64,000 nucleotides of DNA from an uncultured Candidatus Saccharibacteria bacterium (GTDB lineage Bacteria > Patescibacteriota > Doudnabacteria > UBA920 > O2-02-FULL-48-8), in the NCBI GenBank assembly GCA_964405805.1, contig CAYOPE010000001.1, positions 4,898-68,897 of the forward strand. Reading direction: 5' to 3'. The notes under the pieces were generated by a model. That model had not been told where the DNA came from. It saw only the letters and a list, made by a program, of their open reading frames with translations, and did no database searches. Below, one piece after another: positions 9,067 to 17,614 of the stretch. Every line of letters begins with the position of its first letter. The first letter of the stretch is position 1. A program made the position numbers and the translations under genes.

Positions 9067-9606
9067 ATGATTCGAAAGATTCAGATTGGTGTCATGGGAA
9101 GCGCAGCAGATTTGGGTTACACCGAAGCTGTGGCCAAGCTCGCTGAAGAAATCGGCAGGGAAGTGGCGCTGGCGGGTTGCACGCTAGTGTTCGGTGCTGA
9201 GAAAGACTGCGACTCACTCTCCACAGCGGCTGGCCGTGGTGCGCGTTCCGCCGGAGGTCTGACAGTTGGCATCACTTACGGCAAGGGTTTGGCAGTGTTC
9301 GATGATGCTGATATCATCATTGCCACTGGACTCGAGCGCGGCGGTGGCCGGGAATTCGTGTTGGCTCTTTCGTGCGATGCGATCATCGCCATCAGCGGTG
9401 GCAGTGGCACTCTCACCGAAATGGTGATCGCGTATCAAGCCAACATCCCGGTCATCGGCATCTACGGCTGCGGCGGCTGGAGTCAGAAGATGTTCGGGGA
9501 GGCGTTTGATACCCGCCGACCACATCTAGCAATTCGGGGTGCTACCAAAGCGAGGCAAGCGGTGGAGTTGGCATTGGCTGCAATTCAAGCAGCAGTAAAG
9601 ATTTAG
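9067..9606 (+). CDS. LOG/TIGR00725-like Rossmann-fold nucleotide-binding protein (SLOG superfamily)
   Basis: RBS AGGAGG precedes ATG. Contains GIYGCGG, ...AIISGGSGTLTEMVIAY (PGGxGTxxE-like LOG motif) and an N-terminal IGVMGSA glycine loop. Confidence 0.65.
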   Translation: MIRKIQIGVMGSAADLGYTEAVAKLAEEIGREVALAGCTLVFGAEKDCDSLSTAAGRGARSAGGLTVGITYGKGLAVFDDADIIIATGLERGGGREFVLALSCDAIIAISGGSGTLTEMVIAYQANIPVIGIYGCGGWSQKMFGEAFDTRRPHLAIRGATKARQAVELALAAIQAAVKI

Positions 9607-9615
9607 ATTCATTGA

Positions 9616-9650
9616 GATCAGGAGAGCGCGAGCTCTTCTGATCTTTTCGT
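9616..9650 (+). terminator. Rho-independent terminator
   Basis: gatcaggagagc-gcga-gctcttctgatc followed by ttttcgttt. Confidence 0.7.
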
Positions 9651-9805
9651 TTGCCTTGACAATGATATTTAAAAGTAATCCAAGAAGAGTATCATAAAAG
9701 TATACAGATCAGCCAAAACAATCTAGGGTCCGGCTGAGTAAGTCACCCTAGTGGCAGATAGATAGGGAGGGAGTGTCTAAATTCGTTTTCAGAAGGAGGG
9801 ATAGC

Positions 9806-10540
9806 GTGAGACAGTTGTTTGAAAATGTCGCGTCTCGTCCAGCACACGTGGGGCCGAGGAAAGCCTGGATCATCTCGGTCACCACTGTCATCTACGCAGC
9901 GATCGGCGGAGCATTGCTCATCGCTCCGTTGTGGGCGACGAATGTTCTACCCGCCGTCGACAAGGTGCTCGAGTGGGAGGCCCCGCCGAAGCCTCCGGTG
10001 CCGGTCAAGATCAAACGACCGGACAGGCCGAAGAAGGACCCGAAGTCGGGTGGAACCACGTCGAACGATCCGGAGCCACGAGTGCCGACGAAGCCTCCGG
10101 ACGACATCAAACCAGAGCCGCCCGGACCACGACCTGGCCCTCCCGGACCCGGACCGGATCCCTGTCCTGGGTGTCTGGAAGTCGATGTACCGAGAGGACC
10201 GATACCCGAGCCACCACCGCCACCCAAGCCACCGGATCCGCCGAAGCCGGAACCGCCGACGCGGCTACCGCCCAGTGTTAGGCAGCCGGTGAAGATCGCC
10301 GATGTACTGCCAATCTATCCGGATGGAGCGAAGAATGCGCGTGTGCAGGGCGTGGTCATTCTCGAAGCCGTGATCAGCTCGGACGGCAGGGTACAGGATG
10401 TCAAAGTCCTGCGTTCGATCCCGCTGCTCGACAGGGCTGCGATGGATGCAGTTCGGCAGTGGCGGTACACGCCCACACTCCTCAACGGCGTACCAGTGTC
10501 AGTGATCATCACGGTCACGCTCAACTTTACCCTGCAGTAG
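9806..10540 (+). CDS. TonB family protein (N-terminal TM anchor, Pro-rich spacer, TonB C-terminal domain)
   Basis: GTG at 9806 follows AGGAGG. Spacer ...KPPVPVKIKRPDRPKKDP...PEPPPPPKPPDPPKPEPP; C-terminal ...VQGVVILEAVISSDGRVQDVKVLRS...AMDAVRQWRYTP. ~62% GC. Confidence 0.7.
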   Translation: MRQLFENVASRPAHVGPRKAWIISVTTVIYAAIGGALLIAPLWATNVLPAVDKVLEWEAPPKPPVPVKIKRPDRPKKDPKSGGTTSNDPEPRVPTKPPDDIKPEPPGPRPGPPGPGPDPCPGCLEVDVPRGPIPEPPPPPKPPDPPKPEPPTRLPPSVRQPVKIADVLPIYPDGAKNARVQGVVILEAVISSDGRVQDVKVLRSIPLLDRAAMDAVRQWRYTPTLLNGVPVSVIITVTLNFTLQ

Positions 10541-10625
10541 TAAGCAGGGGTCTGCCCGAGGCTCGCTCGCATCTGTGCGACGAGCCCCGGAATTTTTTGC
10601 ACAAAAAAACTGGCCTGTCTGGCCA
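10530..10625. terminator. Cluster of three GC-rich hairpins (bidirectional terminator region)
   Basis: ccctgcagtagtaagcagggg (spans the TonB stop), ggctcgctcgcatctgtgcgacgagcc + TTTTTT, and ctggcctgtctggccag + TTTT. Confidence 0.55.
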
Positions 10626-10635
10626 GCTTTTGAGA

Positions 10636-10881
10636 TTATTGTTTGATATGAAGAGCTTCTTTGATTTGATGCACGTCTTTTTCGAGTTTACCCACACGCT
10701 CAGTGACATCGAGTTTTTCGATGAGGAAATCCTGTTGTGCCTGAAAACCGTCATTGACAATTCGGGCCAATTCATCAACAGCATTTCTAATATCATCTTT
10801 AGTGGACAAAGCCTCTAAATCTTGCTTTGTTGCAAAGGGCTTTAGAGCTTTATCTAAGTATTCTTTAGTTAATTCTGACAT
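10636..10881 (-). CDS. Small coiled-coil hypothetical protein
   Basis: 81-aa ORF with AT-rich backbone composition and heptad-like pattern; no family assigned. Confidence 0.5.
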   Translation of the reverse strand: MSELTKEYLDKALKPFATKQDLEALSTKDDIRNAVDELARIVNDGFQAQQDFLIEKLDVTERVGKLEKDVHQIKEALHIKQ

Positions 10882-10961
10882 GTGTTTGCTTTCTTGCCGC
10901 CATTACTAGTGGTCATATTATTCTAAAACCGCAGAAAAAGTTTGTCAAAGGTAAAAAGAAA

Positions 10962-10998
10962 AGCCGCACCCTGCTGAAAGACAGCAAGGGTGCGGCGT
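10962..10998 (-). terminator. Long hairpin with T-run on the minus strand
   Basis: gccgcaccctgctg-aaaga-cagcaagggtgcggc. On the minus strand it is followed by TTTTCTTTTT, downstream of the 11028-11525 gene. Confidence 0.55.
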
Positions 10999-11027
10999 TT
11001 TCGCGCGGGGTGCGGTTGGCACCGTCG

Positions 11028-11525
11028 TTATTCGGAGTGGCCGTGATTCGGCTCGGGCGAGGGTTTCACGCCCGGAGCGTTAACGCGGTGCTTCTCGCCG
11101 CGAATGTTCACGGGATCGAGTTCGAGCAGGCTCACCTGCATTCCGTCGACCTTGATCTTGTCATCCAGCGCGAGGACAACGAACAGCTGGCATTCCTGAT
11201 CGCTATAGAGATACGTTTCGATCAGCTCGCGGTAGATATCACGGACGGCGCCCAGGGCTCGCTTGAAGTCCTGTCCCGAGCGGCTGTCGTTGACGGAAAC
11301 CTTACTGAGCGTCACTTCGACGCCCCAGGCCCCGGCCCTGTCAGAAGTCGGGATACTGAGATCCGTCATCTGGACATAGTGAGTTGCCGGTCCATAGGAA
11401 GCACGATCGACGTGCAGATGCGGAACCGCGACTCCCTCGCGGAATGCGTCTGCGACGTACGAGCTGTCGAGAGCCACGAGGAAATCCTCGGGCATGCTGG
11501 CCGTTGCAACCGCCTTCAGTTTCAC
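11028..11525 (-). CDS. Hypothetical protein (GC-rich)
   Basis: GTG start 5 nt after AAGGAGG on the minus strand. The opposite-strand ORF lacks an RBS. No family recognised. Confidence 0.6.
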   Translation of the reverse strand: MKLKAVATASMPEDFLVALDSSYVADAFREGVAVPHLHVDRASYGPATHYVQMTDLSIPTSDRAGAWGVEVTLSKVSVNDSRSGQDFKRALGAVRDIYRELIETYLYSDQECQLFVVLALDDKIKVDGMQVSLLELDPVNIRGEKHRVNAPGVKPSPEPNHGHSE

Positions 11526-11667
11526 GATAGCCTCCTTCACAAATGACGCGCGCCTTGTTCAGGCGGCTGCCTAAGATCCAGACACGGTTCGTCGTGCTGG
11601 TAGGACAGTCAATTATAGCTAAATCGGGGTCAGGGGTCAAGGGTAGCTTGAGCCACCTCTCTGTCTC

Positions 11668-11708
11668 CGCCGAAGGCGGAGACATCTCTCCTGGAAGGAG
11701 AGAAATAA
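11668..11708. repeat. Two adjacent short GC hairpins of the CTCC-loop-GGAG family
   Basis: tctccgcc-gaa-ggcggaga and tctctcc-tggaa-ggagaga. The latter recurs almost identically at 26416-26434. Confidence 0.5.
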
Positions 11709-11722
11709 TCGGAAAGTTACTA

Positions 11723-11749
11723 TTGGCACTTGACAGAGGGGAGTGCTAA
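11723..11749. promoter_or_regulatory. CIRCE operator 1 (HrcA binding site)
   Basis: TTGGCACTT-gacagaggg-GAGTGCTAA matches the CIRCE consensus TTAGCACTC-N9-GAGTGCTAA. Confidence 0.9.
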
Positions 11750-11769
11750 TAGTAATATTGAATATACGG

Positions 11770-11796
11770 TTAGCACTCAAAGGCTAAGAGTGCCAG
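11770..11796. promoter_or_regulatory. CIRCE operator 2
   Basis: TTAGCACTC-aaaggctaa-GAGTGCCAG. Confidence 0.9.
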
Positions 11797-11856
11797 TTTT
11801 ACCCCTCATCTGCCCTTCGGGCATCTTCTCCCGCAAGGGGAGAAGAAATAAAGAAT

Positions 11857-12585
11857 ATGGACATTAGACAACAGAAAATTTTAGCGGCAATAGTTAAAGA
11901 ATACTCAGAATCTGCCAATCCTGTAGGATCGAAAGAACTCGTAGATAAATACCACTTCTCTGAGTCCTCAGCTACGATCAGAAATGAGATGGCGAGTCTG
12001 GAGAAAGCAGGGTTTATCATGCAGCCGCACAAATCAGCAGGAAGAGTACCGACTGATAAAGGTTATCGGTACTTTGTAAATGAGCTGATGCGGAGATTTG
12101 AATTGTCAGAAAAAGAGCGCCGAGCGCTGAGGGGCGAGTTGATGAAATTGCAGTCTGCCCATGAGCAGCTAGGCAAATCTATCTCAGGTTTGCTTGCTCA
12201 AGTGTCTGGCCAAGCTGCGTTTGCACTGCTTCCCAATCAATCTTCTGCTACCGGGCTTTCTCATATTATCGGTGACCCAGAGTTTAGTGATCCGAAAACT
12301 ATGAAGCAAGTGGCGCAGGTTCTGGAAAATATTGATAAGTTAGGGCTGAGGGGCGAGGGTAGAGGAGTGAGCGCGGAAGCTATTATTGGCGCTGAGTCCA
12401 AGCTCCCTGTGCCGAAGAATTTAAGTTTAGTTGTCTCAAATGTGAAGATGAAAGATGGCAAGAAAGGTGTCATCGGCATCATCGGCCCGAAACGCATGAG
12501 CTATGCGAAGAACATGTCTTTGATTAGCTATTTAGCGAAATTGATTTCCGGGACTGCGATGTTGTTTTTGATAATTAAGGTTTAG
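11857..12585 (+). CDS. hrcA: Heat-inducible transcription repressor HrcA
   Basis: N-terminal winged helix ...QQKILAAIVKEYSESANPVGSKELVDKYHFSESSATIRNEMASLEKAGFI... First gene downstream of the CIRCE pair. Confidence 0.88.
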   Translation: MDIRQQKILAAIVKEYSESANPVGSKELVDKYHFSESSATIRNEMASLEKAGFIMQPHKSAGRVPTDKGYRYFVNELMRRFELSEKERRALRGELMKLQSAHEQLGKSISGLLAQVSGQAAFALLPNQSSATGLSHIIGDPEFSDPKTMKQVAQVLENIDKLGLRGEGRGVSAEAIIGAESKLPVPKNLSLVVSNVKMKDGKKGVIGIIGPKRMSYAKNMSLISYLAKLISGTAMLFLIIKV

Positions 12586-12672
12586 GATTCCTCCCCTAGA
12601 ATAGGGGAGGTTAGGAGGGGTAGATTCCAGGATCTACCACCCCCAGCCCCTCCTATTCTAGGAAGGGAGAAA
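12586..12672. repeat. 85-nt imperfect-palindromic GC-rich element R1 (supplies the SD for grpE)
   Basis: ggattcctcccctagaataggggaggttaggaggggtagattccaggatctaccacccccagcccctcctattctaggaagggaga. Near-identical copy at 62939-63021; partial copy at 26135-26172. Confidence 0.85.
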
Positions 12673-12679
12673 CTACAAC

Positions 12680-13147
12680 ATGCCAGACGAAATGACCTCC
12701 CCCAGCCCCTCCTTAAAAGGAGGGGAGGAACTCACAAACGAAGAACTGCTCAATAACTGGAAGCGAACAGCGGCGGATTTTGAAAATTTTAAAAAGCGCC
12801 GAGAGAGCGAGACGAAAGAATTGATTGATTATGCCAAAGAAATGACTATGCTGCGTCTCATGCCCAGCTTACAGAGCCTTGAGCAAGTGCTGAAGTATGC
12901 ACCTGACGATGAAAAGTATAAAGACTGGATCGCGGGACTCAAGGCGACTGTCATGCAGCTTGAGAAAACCATGGAAGAGCTGGGCGTGGTGAAGATTCGG
13001 ACCGTGGGCGAGCAGTTTGACCCCACTCATCACGAAGCAGTCGAAGAAAAAGAAGGCGAAAGCGGAAAAATTTTATCCGAAGTGCAGCCAGGATTTAAGT
13101 TAAATAATAAAGTAATTATCCCGGCCAAGGTGATTGTCGGAAAATAA
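12680..13147 (+). CDS. grpE: Nucleotide exchange factor GrpE
   Basis: ...AADFENFKKRRESETKE... and a C-terminal beta domain; between hrcA and dnaK. Confidence 0.88.
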   Translation: MPDEMTSPSPSLKGGEELTNEELLNNWKRTAADFENFKKRRESETKELIDYAKEMTMLRLMPSLQSLEQVLKYAPDDEKYKDWIAGLKATVMQLEKTMEELGVVKIRTVGEQFDPTHHEAVEEKEGESGKILSEVQPGFKLNNKVIIPAKVIVGK

Positions 13148-13223
13148 AACGGACCACGAGACTGTCTGACAGACAACCTCATGGTCCCAGGATCCGGCGC
13201 AGCCAAGAGCGCTTGCGAGGTTT

Positions 13224-13358
13224 CTAGTTACGCCACGACTCGATGGAGTTGATCTCTTCCTGCGATTTGCCGAAGTAGCGAATGTGCTCCCAGAGTAATA
13301 GCAAGTAGAGCAGAGCACCAAGGAAATAGAGGCCGAAGTCCGGCTTGCGAATCTTCAT
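13224..13358 (-). CDS. Possible small membrane protein encoded antisense between grpE and dnaK
   Basis: MKIRKPDFGLYFLGALLYLLLLWEHIRYFGK... with GGAGG 5 nt upstream of ATG on the minus strand. Local GC is higher than the backbone. Low confidence. Confidence 0.3.
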   Translation of the reverse strand: MKIRKPDFGLYFLGALLYLLLLWEHIRYFGKSQEEINSIESWRN

Positions 13359-13457
13359 CAGCTCCTCCGCATTGTTGATTGAACCAAGTTTACACTCATA
13401 ACTTGATTGAGTCAATAATAAAGACCCGGTCATTCGACCGGGCAGGAAGGAATATTT

Positions 13458-15308
13458 ATGCCAAAAATTATAGGAATTGACTTGGGTACATCAAACTCAG
13501 CCGCTTCAGTGATGGAAGCAGGTAAGCCTGTGATCATCCCTTCAGCAGAAGGCCAGACCATGGCTGGAAAAGCTTTTCCATCTTATGTCGCCTTCACGAA
13601 AGATAACCAGCTTCTAGTAGGCGAGCCAGCTCGTCGCCAGGCTGTGACCAATCCTGATGGCACATCGTTTGAATTCAAACGCAAAATGGGTCAGAATTTT
13701 AAATATAAACTTGGCGGCAAAGAATATGCGCCAGAGCAGCTCTCTGCTTTCTTACTTCAGAAAATTAAAAAAGACGCGGAAGCATATCTCGGCGAGCCAG
13801 TGAGCAAGGCTGTGATCACTGTGCCTGCGTATTTCGACGATTCGCAGAGACAAGCTACCAAGAATGCCGGCGAGATTGCAGGCCTGGAAGTCGTGCGTGT
13901 GATCAATGAGCCCACTGCAGCGGCATTTGCCTATGGACTTGATAAATCTGGCAAGGATCAGAAGATTTTGGTATTCGACTTGGGTGGTGGCACGCTGGAT
14001 GTGACGATCATGGACTTCGGCGAGCATGAAGGTCAGGCAACTTTTGAAGTTCTCTCGACTTCAGGGGACACGCAGCTTGGCGGAAAGGACATGGACCAGG
14101 CTTTGATTGATTTTGTGGTCTCGGAATTTAAGCGCGAGACTGGCCTGGATCTCACTAATGACAAAATGGCCATGAATCGAGTACGTGAAGCAGTCGAGAA
14201 AGCGAAGATCGAGCTTTCTACCACTCTGGAAACTGATTTGAACCTGCCGTTTATCTCAGCTGATGCTGGTGGACCGAAACATTTGAATCTGAAACTCACT
14301 CGAGCCAAACTCGAGGAACTCGTAAAGCCGATTGTGGCGCGCATGAAGCATCCAGTAGAGCAGGCTCTGACTGATGCCAAGCTCACACCATCTGATATTG
14401 CCAAGATAATTTTGATCGGCGGTCCAACTCGCATGCCAGTGGTTCAGAAATTTGTGGAAGACTACATCGGCAAGCAGGTAGAGCGCGGCATTGACCCTAT
14501 GGAAGCAGTGGCTAAGGGCGCTGCGGTGCAGGCTGGTGTTCTCTCCGGTGATGTCCAAGGCAAAGAAATTCTTTTGCTGGATGTCACGCCTCTGACTTTG
14601 GGCCTGGAAACCTTGGGCGGTGTTGCTACACCATTGATTGAGCGCAACACCACGATCCCAACTTCCAAGTCGCAGACTTTTTCTACTGCTGCTGACAACC
14701 AAACCTCAGTTGAAATCAATGTGGTCCAAGGCGAACGGCCATTTGTCCATGACAACAAGTCACTTGGCAGATTCCACCTGGATGGAATTCCACCAGCTCC
14801 TCGCGGCGTGCCGCAAGTCGAAGTAACATTTGATATAGATGCGAACGGAATCCTCAAAGTTACAGCGAAAGACAAAGCCACAGGCAAATCTCAGAACATC
14901 ACCATCACTGGATCCAGCAATTTGTCCAAAGAAGAAGTGGAGCGCATGAAAAAAGAAGCTGAAGCGCACGCAGAAGAGGATCGAAAGAACAAAGAAGTCG
15001 TCGAGACTCGTAACCAAGCAGATACTTTGATTTCTGTGTCTGAAAAAACCCTGAAAGATGCAGGTGATAAAGTCGCGGAGGCTGATCGCAAAGATGTGGA
15101 AGTGAAAATCCAGGCTTTGAAAGATGTAAAAGATAAACCAGAGCTGGATGCCATCAAAAAGGCGATGGATGAGCTCTCAGCTGCGATCCAGAAAGTGGGT
15201 GCTGCTATGTATCAAAGTCAGGGTTCAGGGGACAGGGGGCAGGGGGCAGATGCAAGCCCTAAACAAGAAGGGCCAGTGGATGCTGAAGTAGTTGACGAGA
15301 AAAAATAA
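13458..15308 (+). CDS. dnaK: Chaperone DnaK (Hsp70)
   Basis: [18 protein letters not shown] and VILVGGPTRMP-type motifs; 616 aa. Confidence 0.97.
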   Translation: MPKIIGIDLGTSNSAASVMEAGKPVIIPSAEGQTMAGKAFPSYVAFTKDNQLLVGEPARRQAVTNPDGTSFEFKRKMGQNFKYKLGGKEYAPEQLSAFLLQKIKKDAEAYLGEPVSKAVITVPAYFDDSQRQATKNAGEIAGLEVVRVINEPTAAAFAYGLDKSGKDQKILVFDLGGGTLDVTIMDFGEHEGQATFEVLSTSGDTQLGGKDMDQALIDFVVSEFKRETGLDLTNDKMAMNRVREAVEKAKIELSTTLETDLNLPFISADAGGPKHLNLKLTRAKLEELVKPIVARMKHPVEQALTDAKLTPSDIAKIILIGGPTRMPVVQKFVEDYIGKQVERGIDPMEAVAKGAAVQAGVLSGDVQGKEILLLDVTPLTLGLETLGGVATPLIERNTTIPTSKSQTFSTAADNQTSVEINVVQGERPFVHDNKSLGRFHLDGIPPAPRGVPQVEVTFDIDANGILKVTAKDKATGKSQNITITGSSNLSKEEVERMKKEAEAHAEEDRKNKEVVETRNQADTLISVSEKTLKDAGDKVAEADRKDVEVKIQALKDVKDKPELDAIKKAMDELSAAIQKVGAAMYQSQGSGDRGQGADASPKQEGPVDAEVVDEKK

Positions 15309-15317
15309 TTAATCGGC

Positions 15318-15395
15318 TACGAAGTACGAAATGGGTACGAAAATACGAAAGGTTATCTCTGTTCGTACTTTCGTAAAGATTCGTAATTTCGTAGA
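15318..15395. repeat. TACGAAA inverted-repeat element, copy 1
   Basis: gtacgaaaatacgaaa...gttcgtactttcgta...attcgtaatttcgtaga. Second copy at 50157-50225. Confidence 0.7.
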
Positions 15396-15403
15396 TAAAT
15401 CCC

Positions 15404-15706
15404 ATGGATAACGAAAAGCAGAATATCAATATTAAGGTCACGGATGAGGTGCTCAAAGGCGCTTACTCAAATCTCGTCTTTGCCTCACATACCAAAGAAG
15501 AATTTATCCTCGACTTTGTCAGTGTCTTCGGCCCACAGGGCGTAGAAGTGGCGAAAATCATCACCAGTCCCGGGCATTTCAAGCGAATTGTCGCGGCCAT
15601 GCAGGACAACCTCAAGCGCTATGAGGAACAATTTGGTAAAATAGAGGTACAGGCACCAGGTAATCAATCTCAAAACACTTCCGAATCTTCGAAATTCGGG
15701 TTCTAA
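15404..15706 (+). CDS. Small hypothetical protein (possibly DUF3467-like)
   Basis: ...GAYSNLVFASHTKEEFILDFVSVFGP... resembles the DUF3467 core as I recall it; the family call is tentative. Confidence 0.45.
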   Translation: MDNEKQNINIKVTDEVLKGAYSNLVFASHTKEEFILDFVSVFGPQGVEVAKIITSPGHFKRIVAAMQDNLKRYEEQFGKIEVQAPGNQSQNTSESSKFGF

Positions 15707-15716
15707 ACCAAAATAA

Positions 15717-16502
15717 ATGGATTCACAATTACTGAAAAGAGTAATGTTGGCATTTTTAGCAGTAGCATGCTTTGCCTTTGCCTGGCAGACGCTTGCTACT
15801 GCTTTAAACCATTATTCAGACTTGTCAGTTTGGATCGCACCAGTGGTGCTGGCTTCACTAGGAAGTGTGTTTCTCTCGCTTCTGGCCATCGTGGGCAGTA
15901 GTAAATGGTTTTTCGTCAGCACGAATCTCGCGGTACTACTCTGTTATGTCGCACTCATGCCTAAAAATTTATATGTAGTAGCTGGGGGCGCTATGTTTTT
16001 CTGTCTAAGCTTTCTGTTTGAGCAGCGCGTGAAGTCTGACGAAAAAAGTCGCGCAGATTTTTCGCTTCACAGAGTCCTGCGCAGTAGTGTTTATGTGATT
16101 CTTTACGCTTTACTGCTTATGATTGGCTTTAATATCTACGCTAGAGCAGCTATTAGTCTTGAAAAAGATCCTAAGCACTTCTATGATCGAGTCGGATACT
16201 ATGCCTCCATCGAACTCGAGCATGTGCCGAGCAACCTAGTCGGACTAAATCCGAAAGATCCGCTGATCAAGGACGCTGTCGCAGGCTTGGTCTCTGAAAC
16301 TTTACAGAAACAAGCCTCGAATTATCAGAAATTTTTACCAGTAGCGTTTGCACTACTAGCAGTAGCATTGCTTCGGACGATTGGAATCATATTTATCTGG
16401 CTGACCATGCTATTTGCTCAGATAATTTTTCGATTTTTATTATTCATCAAATTTTTCCGCATCGAACCTGTGCAGGTTGAGGTCCGTAAGCTCCAGATTT
16501 AA
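15717..16502 (+). CDS. Hypothetical polytopic membrane protein
   Basis: Six or more hydrophobic segments; lies between dnaK and dnaJ. Confidence 0.55.
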   Translation: MDSQLLKRVMLAFLAVACFAFAWQTLATALNHYSDLSVWIAPVVLASLGSVFLSLLAIVGSSKWFFVSTNLAVLLCYVALMPKNLYVVAGGAMFFCLSFLFEQRVKSDEKSRADFSLHRVLRSSVYVILYALLLMIGFNIYARAAISLEKDPKHFYDRVGYYASIELEHVPSNLVGLNPKDPLIKDAVAGLVSETLQKQASNYQKFLPVAFALLAVALLRTIGIIFIWLTMLFAQIIFRFLLFIKFFRIEPVQVEVRKLQI

Positions 16503-16504
16503 CT

Positions 16505-17614
16505 ATGGCAAATGATTATTATCAAACTTTAGGCGTGTCGAAAACTGCCAATGCTGACGAGATCAAGCGGGCGTATCGGAAATTGGCGCACGAGCATCAT
16601 CCGGATAAAAACAAAGGCGATGAAGCTAAGTTTAAAGAGATAAACGAAGCGTATCAGGTGCTGTCCAATCCAGATAAGCGCTCGCAGTATGATCGGTTTG
16701 GTGCAGCAGGTTTTTCCGCCGGAGGCGGACCAGCCTCTGGCTGGAATCCGCAGGATTTTGCAGGTTTTAATGTTGATTTCGAAGACGCGTTCGATATTTT
16801 TTCTGACATGTTTGGCGGAGGCGGTCGAAGAACAAGACGCGAGAGAGGCGTGGACCTCGAAATGGAACTCAATCTTACTTTTGATGAAGCAGTTTTTGGT
16901 GTCGAGAAAGAATTGACTCTGGAAAAAACTGATGCTTGCGAGCACTGCAAAGGATCAGGCGCAGAAGTCGGCAGCAAAATTTCCACTTGCCCGAAATGTC
17001 ATGGCCAGGGACAAATCCGAGTTACTCGCAGGACTATCCTAGGACAGATGCAAACAGTCACGACCTGTGATAAGTGCGATGGATCCGGAAAAGTTCCAGA
17101 AAAAGCTTGTCCGGTCTGTAATGGAAGCGGGCAGAAGAGACGAGTCAAGACTTTGACAGTAAAAATTCCAGCTGGAGTGGAAAATGGCCAGCGTATTAGG
17201 ATTGCAAACGAAGGCGAAGTGGGCTACAAAGGTTCAAATTTTGGCGATTTGTATTTGCGCTTGCATGTCTCTGGCAAAAAAGGCTTTAAGCGTGAGGGTG
17301 CCGATATTTATTCTGAAAGCGGCATCAGTTTTTACCAGGCTGCACTGGGGACTACTATTGATGTGCAGACGGTTGACGGCATTATCAAGATGAAAGTCCC
17401 AGCAGGCACGCAATCAGAGAAAGTTTTCCGCCTGAAAGGCAAAGGAGCTCCAGTTCTGAATAGTTCTGGTCGAGGAGACCATTTTGTCACAGTTCACGTC
17501 ATCACACCCACGAAACTTACCAAGAAAGAAAAAGATTTATTTAAAAAACTCGCTGACGAATCCGGCGAGTCAGTAGAAGTCGACGAAGGCTTCTGGAGTA
17601 GATTTACATCGTGA
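16505..17614 (+). CDS. dnaJ: Chaperone DnaJ
   Basis: J domain with HPD (EHHPDKN), Gly-rich linker and four CxxCxGxG zinc repeats. Confidence 0.95.
   Translation: MANDYYQTLGVSKTANADEIKRAYRKLAHEHHPDKNKGDEAKFKEINEAYQVLSNPDKRSQYDRFGAAGFSAGGGPASGWNPQDFAGFNVDFEDAFDIFSDMFGGGGRRTRRERGVDLEMELNLTFDEAVFGVEKELTLEKTDACEHCKGSGAEVGSKISTCPKCHGQGQIRVTRRTILGQMQTVTTCDKCDGSGKVPEKACPVCNGSGQKRRVKTLTVKIPAGVENGQRIRIANEGEVGYKGSNFGDLYLRLHVSGKKGFKREGADIYSESGISFYQAALGTTIDVQTVDGIIKMKVPAGTQSEKVFRLKGKGAPVLNSSGRGDHFVTVHVITPTKLTKKEKDLFKKLADESGESVEVDEGFWSRFTS

Noticed and set aside
9819-10292. Alternative-frame ORFs (9819-10292, 9931-10281, 9892-10227 minus) inside the TonB-like gene
   Set aside because: All are Arg/Gly/Pro low-complexity artefacts of the GC- and Pro-rich spacer; the TonB frame carries the RBS and conserved C-terminal domain.
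11010-11546. Plus-strand 178-aa ORF opposite the 11028-11525 gene
   Set aside because: No RBS. The minus-strand frame has AAGGAGG 5 nt before GTG and is followed by a minus-strand terminator.
13425-13442. Hairpin cccggtc-attc-gaccggg in the dnaK 5' UTR as a heat-shock regulatory element
   Set aside because: No known consensus (not CIRCE/ROSE). It could equally be a remnant boundary of the GC-rich antisense insert, so I did not call it a feature.
14033-14887. Several 130-150-aa minus-strand ORFs inside dnaK
   Set aside because: Antisense to a highly conserved gene; standard shadow ORFs.
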